Assembly: GCA_963675755.2 (NCBI GenBank) | Contig: CAXXMD010000002.1 | Span: 736,001-800,000 of the forward strand | DNA: 64,000 nucleotides | Origin: a bacterium | GTDB lineage: Bacteria; Zhuqueibacterota; Zhuqueibacteria; Residuimicrobiales; Krinioviventaceae | Reading direction: 5' to 3' | Part shown: positions 9,483 to 20,345 of the stretch, piece by piece | How the letters are laid out: the number at the start of each line of letters is the position of its first letter | Position numbering within the stretch: the first letter of the stretch is position 1 | Notes under the pieces: generated by a model | What the model saw: the letters and a program-made list of their open reading frames with translations, nothing else | What the model was told of the DNA's origin: nothing | Databases searched by the model: none | Position numbers and translations under genes: made by a program

Positions 9483-12125
9483 TTATTCCAAAGTACGTTT
9501 GGTTTCAATAAGTTCATATGATTCAATAATATCATTAACTTTAAGATCATCGTAACCTTCAATACCAATACCACATTCAAAACCTGAATTCACCTCTTTA
9601 ACATCATCTTTGAAACGTTTGAGAGATGAAATTTTTCCGTCGTGAATCAAACGATCATCTCGATAGAGTTTAACACGATGGTTTCGGTTAATTTTGCCAT
9701 TGGTTACATAACATCCGGCAATTGTACCAATCTTGGGGACTTTGAATGTTTGTCTGATTTCTACAGTTCCCACATTTTGTTCGGTAATAGTGGGTTTAAG
9801 GAATCCTTCAAGTGCCGATTTTACATCTTCAATGATATCATAAATAACTTCATAAGAACGAATATCTACATTTTCTTTACTTGCCAATTCACGTGCCTTG
9901 GTTGTTGGACGTACATGAAAACCGATGATAATCGCTCCTGATGCTGAGGCTAACAACACATCAGATTCGGATATTGCACCAACACCTCTGTGAATAACAT
10001 TAACTGTAACTTCATCAGTAGATAATTTTAACAATGAATCAATAATCGCTTCAATTGAACCATCAACATCCGCTTTTACAACAATAGAGAGCTGTTCAAT
10101 CTGACCCTTTTGGATCTGTCTTGAAATTTCATCCAATGTGCGTGGACGATTACTCCACAAATCATGTTCACGTTGAAGGATCTGACGCTTCTGGCTAATA
10201 TCTCTGGTATCTCTTTCAGATTCCAATACAATAAAAGTATCACCTGCCTGAGGTAAACCATCAAAACCCAAAACCTGAACCGGTTGAGACGGACCAGCCA
10301 ATTTTATTCTCTTATTTCTTTCATCAAGCATTGAACGAACTTTACCACTATAAGTACCAGCTACAAAAGGATCACCAACCTTCAAAGTACCTGTTTGTAC
10401 CAGTACTGACGATACAACACCCTTGCCCTTATCAAGTCGGGATTCGATAACAACACCTTTTGCTCTTCTATCAGGATTCGCCTTTAAATCAAGCATTTCA
10501 GCTTCAAGTAAAATAGATTCAAGCAGCTGATCACAAGCTTGACCCGTTTTAGCAGATATTTCTACACACTGATACTTTCCACCCCACTGCTCAATCAACA
10601 CATTATGTTCAGCAAGCTGTTTCTTGATCATGTCAGGATTAGCATTTGGCTTGTCAACTTTATTAATAGCAACAACTATTGGTACTTCAGCTGCACGAGC
10701 ATGGCTGATAGCTTCAATTGTTTGAGGCATCACATTATCGTCTGCTGCTACAACAAGAATTACGATATCAGTAATCTGAGCACCACGGGCACGCATAGCT
10801 GTAAATGCTTCGTGACCAGGTGTATCTAAAAATGTTATGGCTTTACCATTCAGGTGCACTTCGTAAGCACCAATGTGCTGGGTAATACTACCAGATTCAC
10901 CAGCTATAATATTACTATTACGATAATAATCAAGTAATGAAGTTTTACCATGATCCACATGTCCCATAATGGTGACAACAGGTGGTCTGGGTTGCAAATC
11001 TTCATCTTCATCGTCTTCATCCATTTGCTCTAAAAGATCTTCACCAAATTCGGCAAGTGGCTCAACTTCGTACTCGTATTCAGAAGCTAATAAAGTAATT
11101 GAATCCATATCAAGACGTTGATTTATGGAAACCATCATTCCCAGTTCCATACATTTTCTAATCAACTCGGTAGATTCTATATCCATCAGGTTTGCAAGTT
11201 CAGCAAGAGACATAAACTCACTAACCTTGATTACTGGATTAATTTCGCTCTCTTCTTCAATATCTTCTTGAATTCTACGTTTGCGTTTCTTGCTTTTAGA
11301 AGAATCATCAATGGATGCCAAAGTTTGACGAATATTTGATTGTATCTCTTCTTCATTAAATACAGGGCGACGTTTTTTCTTTTTCTTTGAACGCTTTGAT
11401 GCTGCCAAAGCTTCTTCTGGCTTAACTTGCTCATCGCCAGCTTTTTTACCACGAGGCTTACGACGTCGTTTTTTACGACCTTCTTGTGATCCTTTATCAG
11501 AATCGCCTTGTGCTGAGCCATCTTTTTTGGGAGCAGGCGAAGATTTATCACCAGTTTTATCCCTAGTAGTTTTTGAAGAATCTGATTTACCTTGATCTTC
11601 TTTTGGCTTCTGACGGCTATCTTTTTGTTCTGGAGGTATTTCAATAATTTTTAATTTTTTCTTTATACGAGGTTTCGGCTTTGCTTCCTGTTCTTCAGTA
11701 GCTGACGGGATTTGCTGTGAAGGACTTTCAACCCGAGTCTCATCCTTAACTTCAACAGGTTTTGATATTTCATCAGGTCGATCTTGTTGCTCTTGCCGAT
11801 GTTTTAACTTGGGCATTTCTTCAGCAAGCTCTTTGGCAAAACGAATTCGTCTTTCCAGCTCTTCTTTAGCCTTTTCGCTTTTTTCCTTTTCAATCGCCTG
11901 TTTATCACGCAATCTTTTGCGAAATTCCTGTTCTTCATCTACATTTTCCACAGGCTGAACAGTCGCTTCTCCATACTTATCCATCACCTTGTTATACGCA
12001 TCATCAGACAAAGGACTCATATGATTTCGTATATCAAAGTTAAGACCAGTAAGAAAGTCGATCAAAGCTTCGTTGGAAATATTAAATTCTCGCGCAACTT
12101 GAAATACTCTTTTTTTAACAGCCAA
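9483..12125 (-). CDS. infB: Translation initiation factor IF-2 (TTG start)
   Basis: GHVDHGKT, DTPGHEAF, NKVD and SLKRFKDDVKEV motifs. Confidence 0.98.
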   Translation of the reverse strand: MAVKKRVFQVAREFNISNEALIDFLTGLNFDIRNHMSPLSDDAYNKVMDKYGEATVQPVENVDEEQEFRKRLRDKQAIEKEKSEKAKEELERRIRFAKELAEEMPKLKHRQEQQDRPDEISKPVEVKDETRVESPSQQIPSATEEQEAKPKPRIKKKLKIIEIPPEQKDSRQKPKEDQGKSDSSKTTRDKTGDKSSPAPKKDGSAQGDSDKGSQEGRKKRRRKPRGKKAGDEQVKPEEALAASKRSKKKKKRRPVFNEEEIQSNIRQTLASIDDSSKSKKRKRRIQEDIEEESEINPVIKVSEFMSLAELANLMDIESTELIRKCMELGMMVSINQRLDMDSITLLASEYEYEVEPLAEFGEDLLEQMDEDDEDEDLQPRPPVVTIMGHVDHGKTSLLDYYRNSNIIAGESGSITQHIGAYEVHLNGKAITFLDTPGHEAFTAMRARGAQITDIVILVVAADDNVMPQTIEAISHARAAEVPIVVAINKVDKPNANPDMIKKQLAEHNVLIEQWGGKYQCVEISAKTGQACDQLLESILLEAEMLDLKANPDRRAKGVVIESRLDKGKGVVSSVLVQTGTLKVGDPFVAGTYSGKVRSMLDERNKRIKLAGPSQPVQVLGFDGLPQAGDTFIVLESERDTRDISQKRQILQREHDLWSNRPRTLDEISRQIQKGQIEQLSIVVKADVDGSIEAIIDSLLKLSTDEVTVNVIHRGVGAISESDVLLASASGAIIIGFHVRPTTKARELASKENVDIRSYEVIYDIIEDVKSALEGFLKPTITEQNVGTVEIRQTFKVPKIGTIAGCYVTNGKINRNHRVKLYRDDRLIHDGKISSLKRFKDDVKEVNSGFECGIGIEGYDDLKVNDIIESYELIETKRTLE

Positions 12126-12167
12126 AAAAAACTCCCGTTGTTATGGCGCTACCTATTCACTTTACAA

Positions 12168-13577
12168 TTATTCTTTATCTTCTTTTTCCGGTGTTTCTTC
12201 AGCAGATTCAGATTCTTCCTCTTCCACTTTTTCAACTACCGGTTCTGCATCATTTTCAACATCATCAGAATCATTAACCAATTCATCATCATCAGTTTCA
12301 TCTAACTCTTCAACTTCCTGATCATCTTCATCCTGGTTTTGAAAGTTCTTTTGCAAAGATTCTTTTAATTTCTCTGCAGTTTTTTCGCCAACACCTGGCA
12401 AGTGGGTCAACTCGTCGAGATCTGCTTCAACAATATCACGAATAGTTTCAAATCCACCAACAAGAAGTGTCTTTTTCAATTTTCCAGGAATATCTTCAAC
12501 CTCGGTAAGAGGCAGATCAAGACCACTTTCAGATTCTATGATTTCTTTATATTCATCATCACGTACTGTCTGAATATCAAAATTAGTTAAACGTGATGCC
12601 AACCTGCGATTTTGGCCACCTTTACCAATAGCCAATGATATTTGCTCATCATCCAAAACGGCAATTACTTTGCGAGCCTCTTCATCAATAACAATTCGTT
12701 TTGGTTTTGCAGGACTAAGAGCACGAGTTATGAAAATTTCAGGCTCGCTGCTCCAGTTTATGATATCTATTTTTTCATTATTTAATTCTTTAACAATTGC
12801 TTGAATGCGCATTCCCTTCATACCTACACAAGCACCAACTGCATCAATACGTTTATCGTTAGAATAAACAGCAATTTTGGTTCTTTCGCCGGCTTCACGG
12901 GTAATTGCGCGAATTTCAATAATACCTTCATAAATTTCCGGCACTTCAAGTTCAAACAATCTTGAAAGAAACATGGGATCTGAACGAGAAATAATAATCT
13001 CAGGACCACGTGCGGTCTTTTTCACTTCTTTGATCACCGCACGAATGGATTCACCACGTCTGTATTTTTCATTCGGAATTTGTTCATACTTTGGTAAAAC
13101 CATTTCAGTGTTTTCTGCATTAATAAAGATCTCATCACGATTGATCTGACGAATCTCTCCACTAACAATTTCACCAGAACGATTTTTAAATTCATCGTAG
13201 ATCTGTTCTTTTTCAAATTCCTTAATACGCTGATTCAGGTTTTGTTTTGCAGAAATTATTAATCTTCGGCCAAATGCGGCAGGATTAATAATTTCAAGGT
13301 ATTCATCACCCAACTCTAAATCTGGTTCAGACTCTTGAGCTTTTTGAATGTTGATTTCTGTAACTTCATCTTCAACATTTTCGACAATAGTCTTACTTTG
13401 GTAAATTTCAATTTCACCTTTTTCCATATTGACAAAAACATCAAAGTTGTCAGAAGTACCATACTTTTTCTTAATCATGGACAAAAAGATTTCTTCCATG
13501 ATTTTTGTCAACACTTCTTTTTCTACATTTTTTTCTTTAATGAGTGCGGCAAAAGCCTGAACAATTTCACTTTTCAT
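12168..13577 (-). CDS. nusA: Transcription termination factor NusA
   Basis: ELEVPEI, VGACVGMKGMRI and AIGKGGQN motifs; C-terminal HhH and acidic tail. Confidence 0.97.
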   Translation of the reverse strand: MKSEIVQAFAALIKEKNVEKEVLTKIMEEIFLSMIKKKYGTSDNFDVFVNMEKGEIEIYQSKTIVENVEDEVTEINIQKAQESEPDLELGDEYLEIINPAAFGRRLIISAKQNLNQRIKEFEKEQIYDEFKNRSGEIVSGEIRQINRDEIFINAENTEMVLPKYEQIPNEKYRRGESIRAVIKEVKKTARGPEIIISRSDPMFLSRLFELEVPEIYEGIIEIRAITREAGERTKIAVYSNDKRIDAVGACVGMKGMRIQAIVKELNNEKIDIINWSSEPEIFITRALSPAKPKRIVIDEEARKVIAVLDDEQISLAIGKGGQNRRLASRLTNFDIQTVRDDEYKEIIESESGLDLPLTEVEDIPGKLKKTLLVGGFETIRDIVEADLDELTHLPGVGEKTAEKLKESLQKNFQNQDEDDQEVEELDETDDDELVNDSDDVENDAEPVVEKVEEEESESAEETPEKEDKE

Positions 13578-13601
13578 GTTTAAATACCTGTCTTGTAGTG
13601 A

Positions 13602-14054
13602 CTAAAATTCAATAATGATTTTAGCGGACTTTAATTCAGTTATATTGAACACATGTTCGTTATCACCATCCGTTAAAACGACCTGTTCCGCTTCAACAGT
13701 ATGTATGGTACCTGTTTTTTCTAAACTTTTCTCTTCATCACCCAGCACAACTTTGACCTTTTCGCCAATATTGCGCTCAAAATCTCGGGCAGTCTTTAAT
13801 GGTCGGGTTAAACCGGGAGACGAAACTTCAAGCACATAACGCTCTTGTATAACATCATCTCGCTCAAGGATCTCAGCAATGGTTCTGCTTGCTTTTTCAC
13901 ATTGCTCAAGCTTGACTCCACCCTGCCTGTGAATATAAATACGTATAATCCGTTTGCGGCTGTTACCCAAAATTTCCAAATCTACCAGTTCAAGATCCAT
14001 CTCATCAAGTACAGGTAGAATTATTTTTTTTATTATTTCTATATCTATCGCCAT
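13602..14054 (-). CDS. rimP: Ribosome maturation factor RimP
   Basis: YVLEVSSPGLTRPL; first gene of the nusA-infB operon. Confidence 0.95.
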   Translation of the reverse strand: MAIDIEIIKKIILPVLDEMDLELVDLEILGNSRKRIIRIYIHRQGGVKLEQCEKASRTIAEILERDDVIQERYVLEVSSPGLTRPLKTARDFERNIGEKVKVVLGDEEKSLEKTGTIHTVEAEQVVLTDGDNEHVFNITELKSAKIIIEF

Positions 14055-14071
14055 ATTTTTCACTTTACAAC

Positions 14072-14099
14072 AAAAAAGTGGGCCCGGTGAGCCCACTTT
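14072..14099 (-). promoter_or_regulatory. rimP-leader terminator/attenuator hairpin
   Basis: AAAGUGGGC-UCACCGG-GCCCACUUUUUU between the promoter and the rimP start; resembles the known rimP-leader motif. Confidence 0.75.
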
Positions 14100-14108
14100 G
14101 AGTCTTTA

Positions 14109-14137
14109 AATATACTAAAGTAAATTCTTAAAATCAA
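14109..14137 (-). promoter_or_regulatory. sigma70-type promoter of the rimP operon
   Basis: TTGATT-17 nt-TATATT. Confidence 0.6.
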
Positions 14138-14163
14138 GAATTTTCTATTGTTCAAATAAAAAA

Positions 14164-14832
14164 CTACATTACGGATTTGAGCAACAACGCTTCATCTTTT
14201 TCCTCAGAATCCGGATAATCGTGAACAATGGTATCATATAACTCTGCAGCTTTTTGTGGGTTTCCTGCCAAACTATAGCAATTGGCTGCTTTTAATAAAT
14301 TCTCAGAAGCTGTAAAAGATTCAGGGAATTTATTTGCAGTTTTTACATACTGCTGTGCTGCTTTTTCATAATCTTTCAACTGCTCATGGCAAGCTGCAAC
14401 AGCAGCCATTGCAGATGCTTTAACATAATCATCGCCTTTAAAGCCTTTTGCAAAATCGGAAAAATGCTTTTCAGCTTGTTCGTAATCACCTGTCTGGAAT
14501 AATGCATTGCCAAGGTAGTATTTGGCCAATTTACCACTCTGAGTTGATCCATAAGAGCTAATGATATTCTGCAAAACTGGCTTGGCTGATTCGTAATCAT
14601 TGCTTGATATTGAACGCATAGCAATTGCCAATTCTACACTTGCAGAAGATTCAGCTTTTTGTTTTGATGATATAACATAAAATGACAATAGTAAAACAAC
14701 AACAATTGCACCTATTCCGATAAACAGAATTTTGGAATTGTTTTCTACCCAATCCTGGGCATTAAAATAAAAAGTAACTAATTTGTCTTCTTTTAGTTCT
14801 TTTTTTGTCAGACGCTTTCTTGGTGTAAGCAT
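14164..14832 (-). CDS. Membrane-anchored TPR protein (YfgM-like)
   Basis: Basic N-terminus, single TM helix, TPR repeats; upstream TTGATT-17-TACATT. Confidence 0.8.
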   Translation of the reverse strand: MLTPRKRLTKKELKEDKLVTFYFNAQDWVENNSKILFIGIGAIVVVLLLSFYVISSKQKAESSASVELAIAMRSISSNDYESAKPVLQNIISSYGSTQSGKLAKYYLGNALFQTGDYEQAEKHFSDFAKGFKGDDYVKASAMAAVAACHEQLKDYEKAAQQYVKTANKFPESFTASENLLKAANCYSLAGNPQKAAELYDTIVHDYPDSEEKDEALLLKSVM

Positions 14833-14932
14833 GTAATTCCTTGTTATTATTTATCAACTCTATAACCAATAGCCGGATAATGTAATGAATAGAAAATAAA
14901 AAATCAAGAATAAAAATAAAATTTTACATTCA

Positions 14933-15301
14933 TTAATCAGGTGGCCTTGCTTCTTTAGCACTTACTGTAACAATTTCATAAGCATTTGAAGCTACAGCAG
15001 CTACAAAGATCATTACAAATGTAACAAGTGCAATATCGCCCCAGGGTGTTCCGGCTATACCTAGCCATTCACAAGCTTTGATGAATAGTGGCATTGAAAA
15101 AAAACTGACTAACAATGAGAAAATAATACTGAAAAAAATTCGACTTTTATTCTCTCTTCCACCTGCAAAATACGAAATTATAAATATACCTACACCCAGT
15201 GTTAAGGCAATTATGGATATGGTATCATTAAACACAATCCAGTGTATACCACCGGATGTTTTTTCTATTGTAAATAAAGAATCTGCTTGTGCAATTTCCA
15301 T
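14933..15301 (-). CDS. Hypothetical membrane protein (about 3 TM helices)
   Basis: Hydrophobic ORF with upstream TTGCAT-17-TACAAT. Confidence 0.65.
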   Translation of the reverse strand: MEIAQADSLFTIEKTSGGIHWIVFNDTISIIALTLGVGIFIISYFAGGRENKSRIFFSIIFSLLVSFFSMPLFIKACEWLGIAGTPWGDIALVTFVMIFVAAVASNAYEIVTVSAKEARPPD

Positions 15302-15397
15302 ATAAATCCCGGGTTAAAATCCCAATTTATAAACGATTACATTGTATAAATTTGAAAATTGATATGCAAGCAATTTCTTGAAAATGGCTCAAGACTA

Positions 15398-16229
15398 TTA
15401 TTGCTCTTCCTGGTTATAGTAAAACATGTATTTAATAAATACATGGTCATGATAAACCTGCGAATTCCCTTGATCATCAATTATAATGGGATTTTCATCA
15501 ACACGTATAATCAAAGTCATATTTTTACGCTGTAAACCCAGTTTACGGGTTGCATCAAAATCAAAATCACGCACATACACATCACCATCAATAGCTGGAA
15601 TAATCCGTATTGTTCCATAACGATTGCGAAAGAAACGGTAAACACTTTCAAATGAATTTTGGGTTGATACTACAAATACATTTGCGTCAGAACCCAACTC
15701 TTCCATTTCCATCAATGCAACTTCTTCTTCCAGTTTACCTTCATAAGTAAGGTTTCCGGCCAGTTTTCTTAAATCTTCAAGAGATCTGTCTAAATTTTGG
15801 GGTAAATCGACAGTCACCGGATAACTGATGAGAAAAATATCAATCCGTGTCGGCCAAAAACTGCTTGCTACGCGTGGAATTTTTACAGGATAAATTTCTA
15901 TACGGTTTGCAGATTGACGGTTAATTTCAGAAAAATTATATACTAACCTGTCACCTACTTTGTAAAATCTCTGGCCACACAATCTGGTATAATGTGCAAC
16001 GACTGTACGTGGATCATCACGAGTTAAAAAACTCTTGATACGCATTGTACGAGCTTTGGGAAATTTGACTTGTTCTCGTTTTTCCAGATATTCGACAAAA
16101 TCATTGTCACTGAACGAATCCGGGTACTCAAACTCATCAAATGTACTTTCCCGAAAAAGTATCTGGGAAAACAATGATGTTGAGAATAAAAGAAAAAGTA
16201 AAACAAAAAAACAGTCTGGAATATTTCAT
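15398..16229 (-). CDS. Hypothetical secreted protein; signal peptide disrupted by a +1 indel in the A7 run at 16205-16211
   Basis: Removing one base joins ATG at 16229 to the 258-aa ORF and gives the signal peptide MKYSRLFFVLLFLLFSTSLFSQ. Confidence 0.65.
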
Positions 16230-16240
16230 AATAACCACAT

Positions 16241-16594
16241 TTATTTGGATTCGAGTTTCCATGAAAAACAACTGCGCTTATTTGTATGGCAAGTAGGACC
16301 TTTGGCTATCGCTTTGACCAGGATTGTATCATTATCACAGTCTGTATATAATTCAACCAATTGCAAAAAGTTCCCGGAAGTCTCTCCTTTGGTCCAGTAT
16401 TCCTGACGTGAACGACTCCAAAAGGTAACCAATTGTTTTTCCAAAGTCATTTTTACACTATCTTTATTCATGTAGCCCAGCATCAGCACAGCGCCATCTG
16501 CATTATCCTGAACAATTGCAGGGATCAATCCTTTTTCATCAAATTTTAATCTATTGATAAAATCTTCTGTTGTTACATTTTCAATTTCTGACAT
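16241..16594 (-). CDS. hisI: Phosphoribosyl-AMP cyclohydrolase (monofunctional)
   Basis: [19 protein letters not shown] and CHT..SCF motifs. Confidence 0.96.
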   Translation of the reverse strand: MSEIENVTTEDFINRLKFDEKGLIPAIVQDNADGAVLMLGYMNKDSVKMTLEKQLVTFWSRSRQEYWTKGETSGNFLQLVELYTDCDNDTILVKAIAKGPTCHTNKRSCFSWKLESK

Positions 16595-17342
16595 GAATGT
16601 TCCTCTCTTTTAAATATTCTTTAACTTCTTGAATTGAATTTTCACGGTAATGGAATATAGATGCAGCCAAAGCAGCATCGGCAGCACCATCACGAAATAC
16701 ATCTTCAAAATGCTTTAATTCACCACATCCACCTGATGCAATAACGGGTATACTGACAGCTTGAGAAATAGTACGTGTTAATTCTATATCAAAACCGATT
16801 TTGCGTACCATCACGATCCATTGAGGTTAAGAGAATTTCACCTGCTCCCATTTCTTCTGCTTCCTGGGCCCATTCAAGTGCATCTCTTTCAACGGGTTCT
16901 CTTCCCCCGTATATATAGACCTGCCAGGATTTGTCATCCTTTCTTTTGGCTAATCGATTGCCAAAACAGTAGCCTGACTGCCATATCTTTCGGCACATTC
17001 TCTTAACAGATCGGGATTATGGACTGCTGCTGTGTTCATAGTAACTTTGTCTGCACCGTTTTTTAATAAAATCTGAGCATCCTGAGCGGTTCTAACACCA
17101 CCACCAACAGTCAGAGGCATAAAAACCTGTTCAGCGGTCCGTCTCACTACGTCCAGCATTATCTCCCGTTTATCTGATGATGCAGTAATATCCAGAAAAA
17201 CAAGTTCGTCTGCACCATGCAAATCATAATATTTTGCCTGTTCAACGGGATCACCCGCATCTACAAGGTTTAAGAAATTGATTCCTTTTACCACGCGCCC
17301 TTCTGTAACATCTAGACAAGGTATTATCCGTTTTGCTAACAT
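16581..17342 (-). CDS. hisF: Imidazole glycerol phosphate synthase cyclase subunit; two apparent frameshifts
   Basis: Three ORF pieces (RIIPCLDV; [11 protein letters not shown]; PVIASGG..LAASIFH). Joined by removing TA at 16951-16952 and one base at 16799-16802. Confidence 0.93.
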
Positions 17343-17353
17343 ATTTCAATCTT

Positions 17354-18080
17354 TCAATTAAACATTTCATTCAATTTCTGTAAATCAATTTTATTTTCAT
17401 AGATGGCAGTGCCTACAATTGCACCATCGATATTGGGTTCATTTCTGTCTGCAAGGGCCTGGAATTGTTCATAATTTGCAAAGCCACCCGATGCAATAAC
17501 CTTTAATCCGCTTTTAGCAGCAAGGTTAACGGTATTGTCAATATTGGGACCTGTTAATGCTCCGTCACGATCAACATCAGTATACACAATTCGTATTACA
17601 CCTTTTGATTTCATATCAGTGGCTAAATCATATACATCTTTATCAGTCTGGGTCTCCCAGCCATCAACAGCTACCTTGTTGTTTCTGGCATCTATACCTA
17701 CCACAATGCGTTGGGGACCAAACATATCAACAACTTTTGCCACCGTATCAGGATTAGTGATTGCCGCAGTACCAATGATAACCCGATCAACACCAACCTC
17801 TAACCAGTTTTTAACATCATCTTCTGTGCGGATACCTCCGCCCAGCTCGACAGGTATATCAATTGATTTAACGATATCCTTAATCACCTGCATATTTTTT
17901 TTGAGCACGGCCAAAAGCACCGTCAAGGTTTATCAAATGGAGATATTTTGAACCCAGCTCTTGCCAATGTTTAGCCATTTGTGGAGGATTGTCACTGTAT
18001 TGTTTTGCAGTATTCTCTACACCTTTTTTTAAACGAACACATTGTCCGCCTAACAAATCGATTGCCGGTAAAATTATCAC
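17354..18080 (-). CDS. hisA: ProFAR isomerase; one apparent frameshift
   Basis: ILPAIDL..CVRL in the first piece and GGGIR..DVDRDG..IASGG in the second; +1 in the T8 run at 17895-17902. Confidence 0.93.
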
Positions 18081-18091
18081 GTATCAGCCTC

Positions 18092-18690
18092 TTAGATATT
18101 TACAAAATTTTCAAGTACTTGTAGTCCCATTTTCTGTGATTTTTCCGGATGAAACTGCAATCCGAATACATTTTCTTTATTTACGGCAACAGGTACACGC
18201 ATGCCGTAATCGGTTTCACCAATAATGATTTCACTATTCTCAGGTGAAATATAATATGAATGAGCAAAATAAAAGAAACTCTGATCAGCAATATTATTCC
18301 ACAAGGGTGATTTAGTTTTGGGAATGAGTACATTCCAGCCCAAATGCGGTACCTTGAGATCTTTGTAAAGCGCTTTACAGGTCCTTTAAAAACAGATAAT
18401 CCCTTAACGCCGGGACTCTCTTCGCTTGATTCAAACAGCAATTGCATGCCTAAACAGATACCTAAAAAAGGCTTACCTTTTTCGATACTCTCTAACAGGG
18501 TATCACGTAAACCAAGCTGATCAATCTTTTCAACAGCCTTTCCAAAAGCACCTACACCGGGAAAGATTACCTTGTCCGCTTCAAGTATTTCTTTAGGGTT
18601 AGAAGTAACTTTAGCTTCCGCACCTGTATGCTCAACGGCTTTTTGAACGCTTCTCAGATTACCAGCCTCATAATCCACAATACATATCAT
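18092..18690 (-). CDS. hisH: IGP synthase glutamine amidotransferase subunit; one apparent frameshift
   Basis: GNLRSV, PGVGAF, GICLGMQ, then VPHLGWN..YFAHSY..QFHPEKS; -1 at 18362-18364. Confidence 0.93.
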
Positions 18691-19278
18691 AAAAGAACTC
18701 CTTTAGTCGAAGGTATATCCGTTAACCGGTTGTCTGCTTCCAGTGCCATGCGTAAAGCCCGAGCGGTTGCTTTAATCATAGATTCAAATGCATGATGTTG
18801 ATTCGTTCCATACAACAGGGATACATGCAAAGTGATTTTGGCATTTATTGCAAATGCGCGCAAAAATTCGGAAAACAACTCTCCATCAAAATCACCAACC
18901 ATTTTAGGTTCCAGGCTGCAATCATAGTGAAAAAATCCTCTTCCACTAATGTCGACAACTGTCCTGGCTAGTGCTTCATCCAATGGACAAAAAGCATTTC
19001 CATAACGGGTAATACCTTTGGCGGTACCCAGGGCTTTTTCAAAAACCTGGCCCAATACAATACCAGTATCTTCAACGGTATGGTGTCCATCAATGTACAA
19101 ATCACCTTTTTACTTGCACTTGCAAATCAATTGCACAATGCTTTGCAAAAGCATCTAAAAGATGATCAAAAAAGCCTATACCGGTGCTAATCTGGCCTTT
19201 ACCGGTACCATCCAGATCCAGTTTAATCTGGATATCTGTTTCACGGGTTTTACGACTCAATTCTGCTGTTCTACTCAT
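18687..19278 (-). CDS. hisB: Imidazoleglycerol-phosphate dehydratase; one apparent frameshift
   Basis: Manual translation [26 protein letters not shown] joins [22 protein letters not shown]; +1 in the T5 run at 19107-19111. Confidence 0.93.
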
Positions 19279-19281
19279 AAT

Positions 19282-20345
19282 TTATTCCTGAACAGTTTCA
19301 GTTAATTTTTCAATAAAAAGATCATTTTCATAACGATTTCAATTGTCAAACGCTGGAATCCTTTTAATAATGGATAGCCACTGAGATTTCTAACCAATAT
19401 ACCACGATTTTTCAACTCGTTAAACAAATCGATATCCTTGCTGCTGTTGAACATGATAAAATTGGCAGATGAAGGATATACATTGATCGACTGGATGTCC
19501 TGAATATGCTGCATCAACCTTGTTCTCTCTTCTGTTAAATAGGCTACCTGCTTTTTCATAACAGATAGATCATCTAAAAGTCTGTTAGCAACAAGCTCTG
19601 TAAAAATATTAACATTATAAGGGATGTTGATCTTTTCAAGTTGTTCAATGATAGTTCGATTTGCTAAAAAATAGCCAAACCGTAAGCCTGCAAGGCTAAA
19701 TGCTTTGGAAAAAGTACGGGAAACAATCAGGTTCTCATATTTATTTAACAACAAGATTGCTGAAAGTTCCGTAAATTCTCCATAGGCCTCATCAAAAAAG
19801 ACGAGTCCCTTGGCAACTGAACAAATACGCTCTACATCTTCCATTTTCATTTCATATCCGGTAGGATTGCCGGGAGAGCACAAAACAATTAGCTTGGGCT
19901 GTTCTTTTTCTATAGAATCCACTACCTGATCAATAGGATATTCTTTACCAGGCTCATGCATAACTTTAATACTGACTGCGTTCAAGAGATCGGCAAACAT
20001 TTCGTACAAGGAAAATACGGGTGGATTATATAATACCTTGTCTCCCACTTCAAGTACAGCTGTAAATAAAGTCTGCAAGATCTGATTAGAGCCACTGCCA
20101 AGCAGGATTTGATCAGCATCAACATGATGCCAACTGGCAAGCTTGGCCCTTAATTCAGGAGATGAATTTACAGGATATCGGTTCCAACTCAAAGATTCGG
20201 CTTTTTTGCACAATTCGGATTTAATATTCTCTGGCACATCAAAAGGATTTTCATTCTGGTTCAACTTGGCCAGAAAATCTTTTTGAGGTGGTGAAGTGTA
20301 TCCTTCCATCTGTACGACTGATTTTTTAAACCATGCTTCTTTCAT
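19282..20345 (-). CDS. hisC: Histidinol-phosphate aminotransferase; apparent -1 indel near the 3' end
   Basis: KLNQNENP, DEAY and RTFSKAFSLAGLRFGY motifs. Restoring one G at about 19340 gives the family-like end RLTIGNRYENDLFIEKL. Confidence 0.93.

Noticed and set aside
16581-20345. Programmed ribosomal frameshifting in his genes
   Set aside because: The indels are of mixed sign and size with no shared slippery motif; sequencing error is more parsimonious
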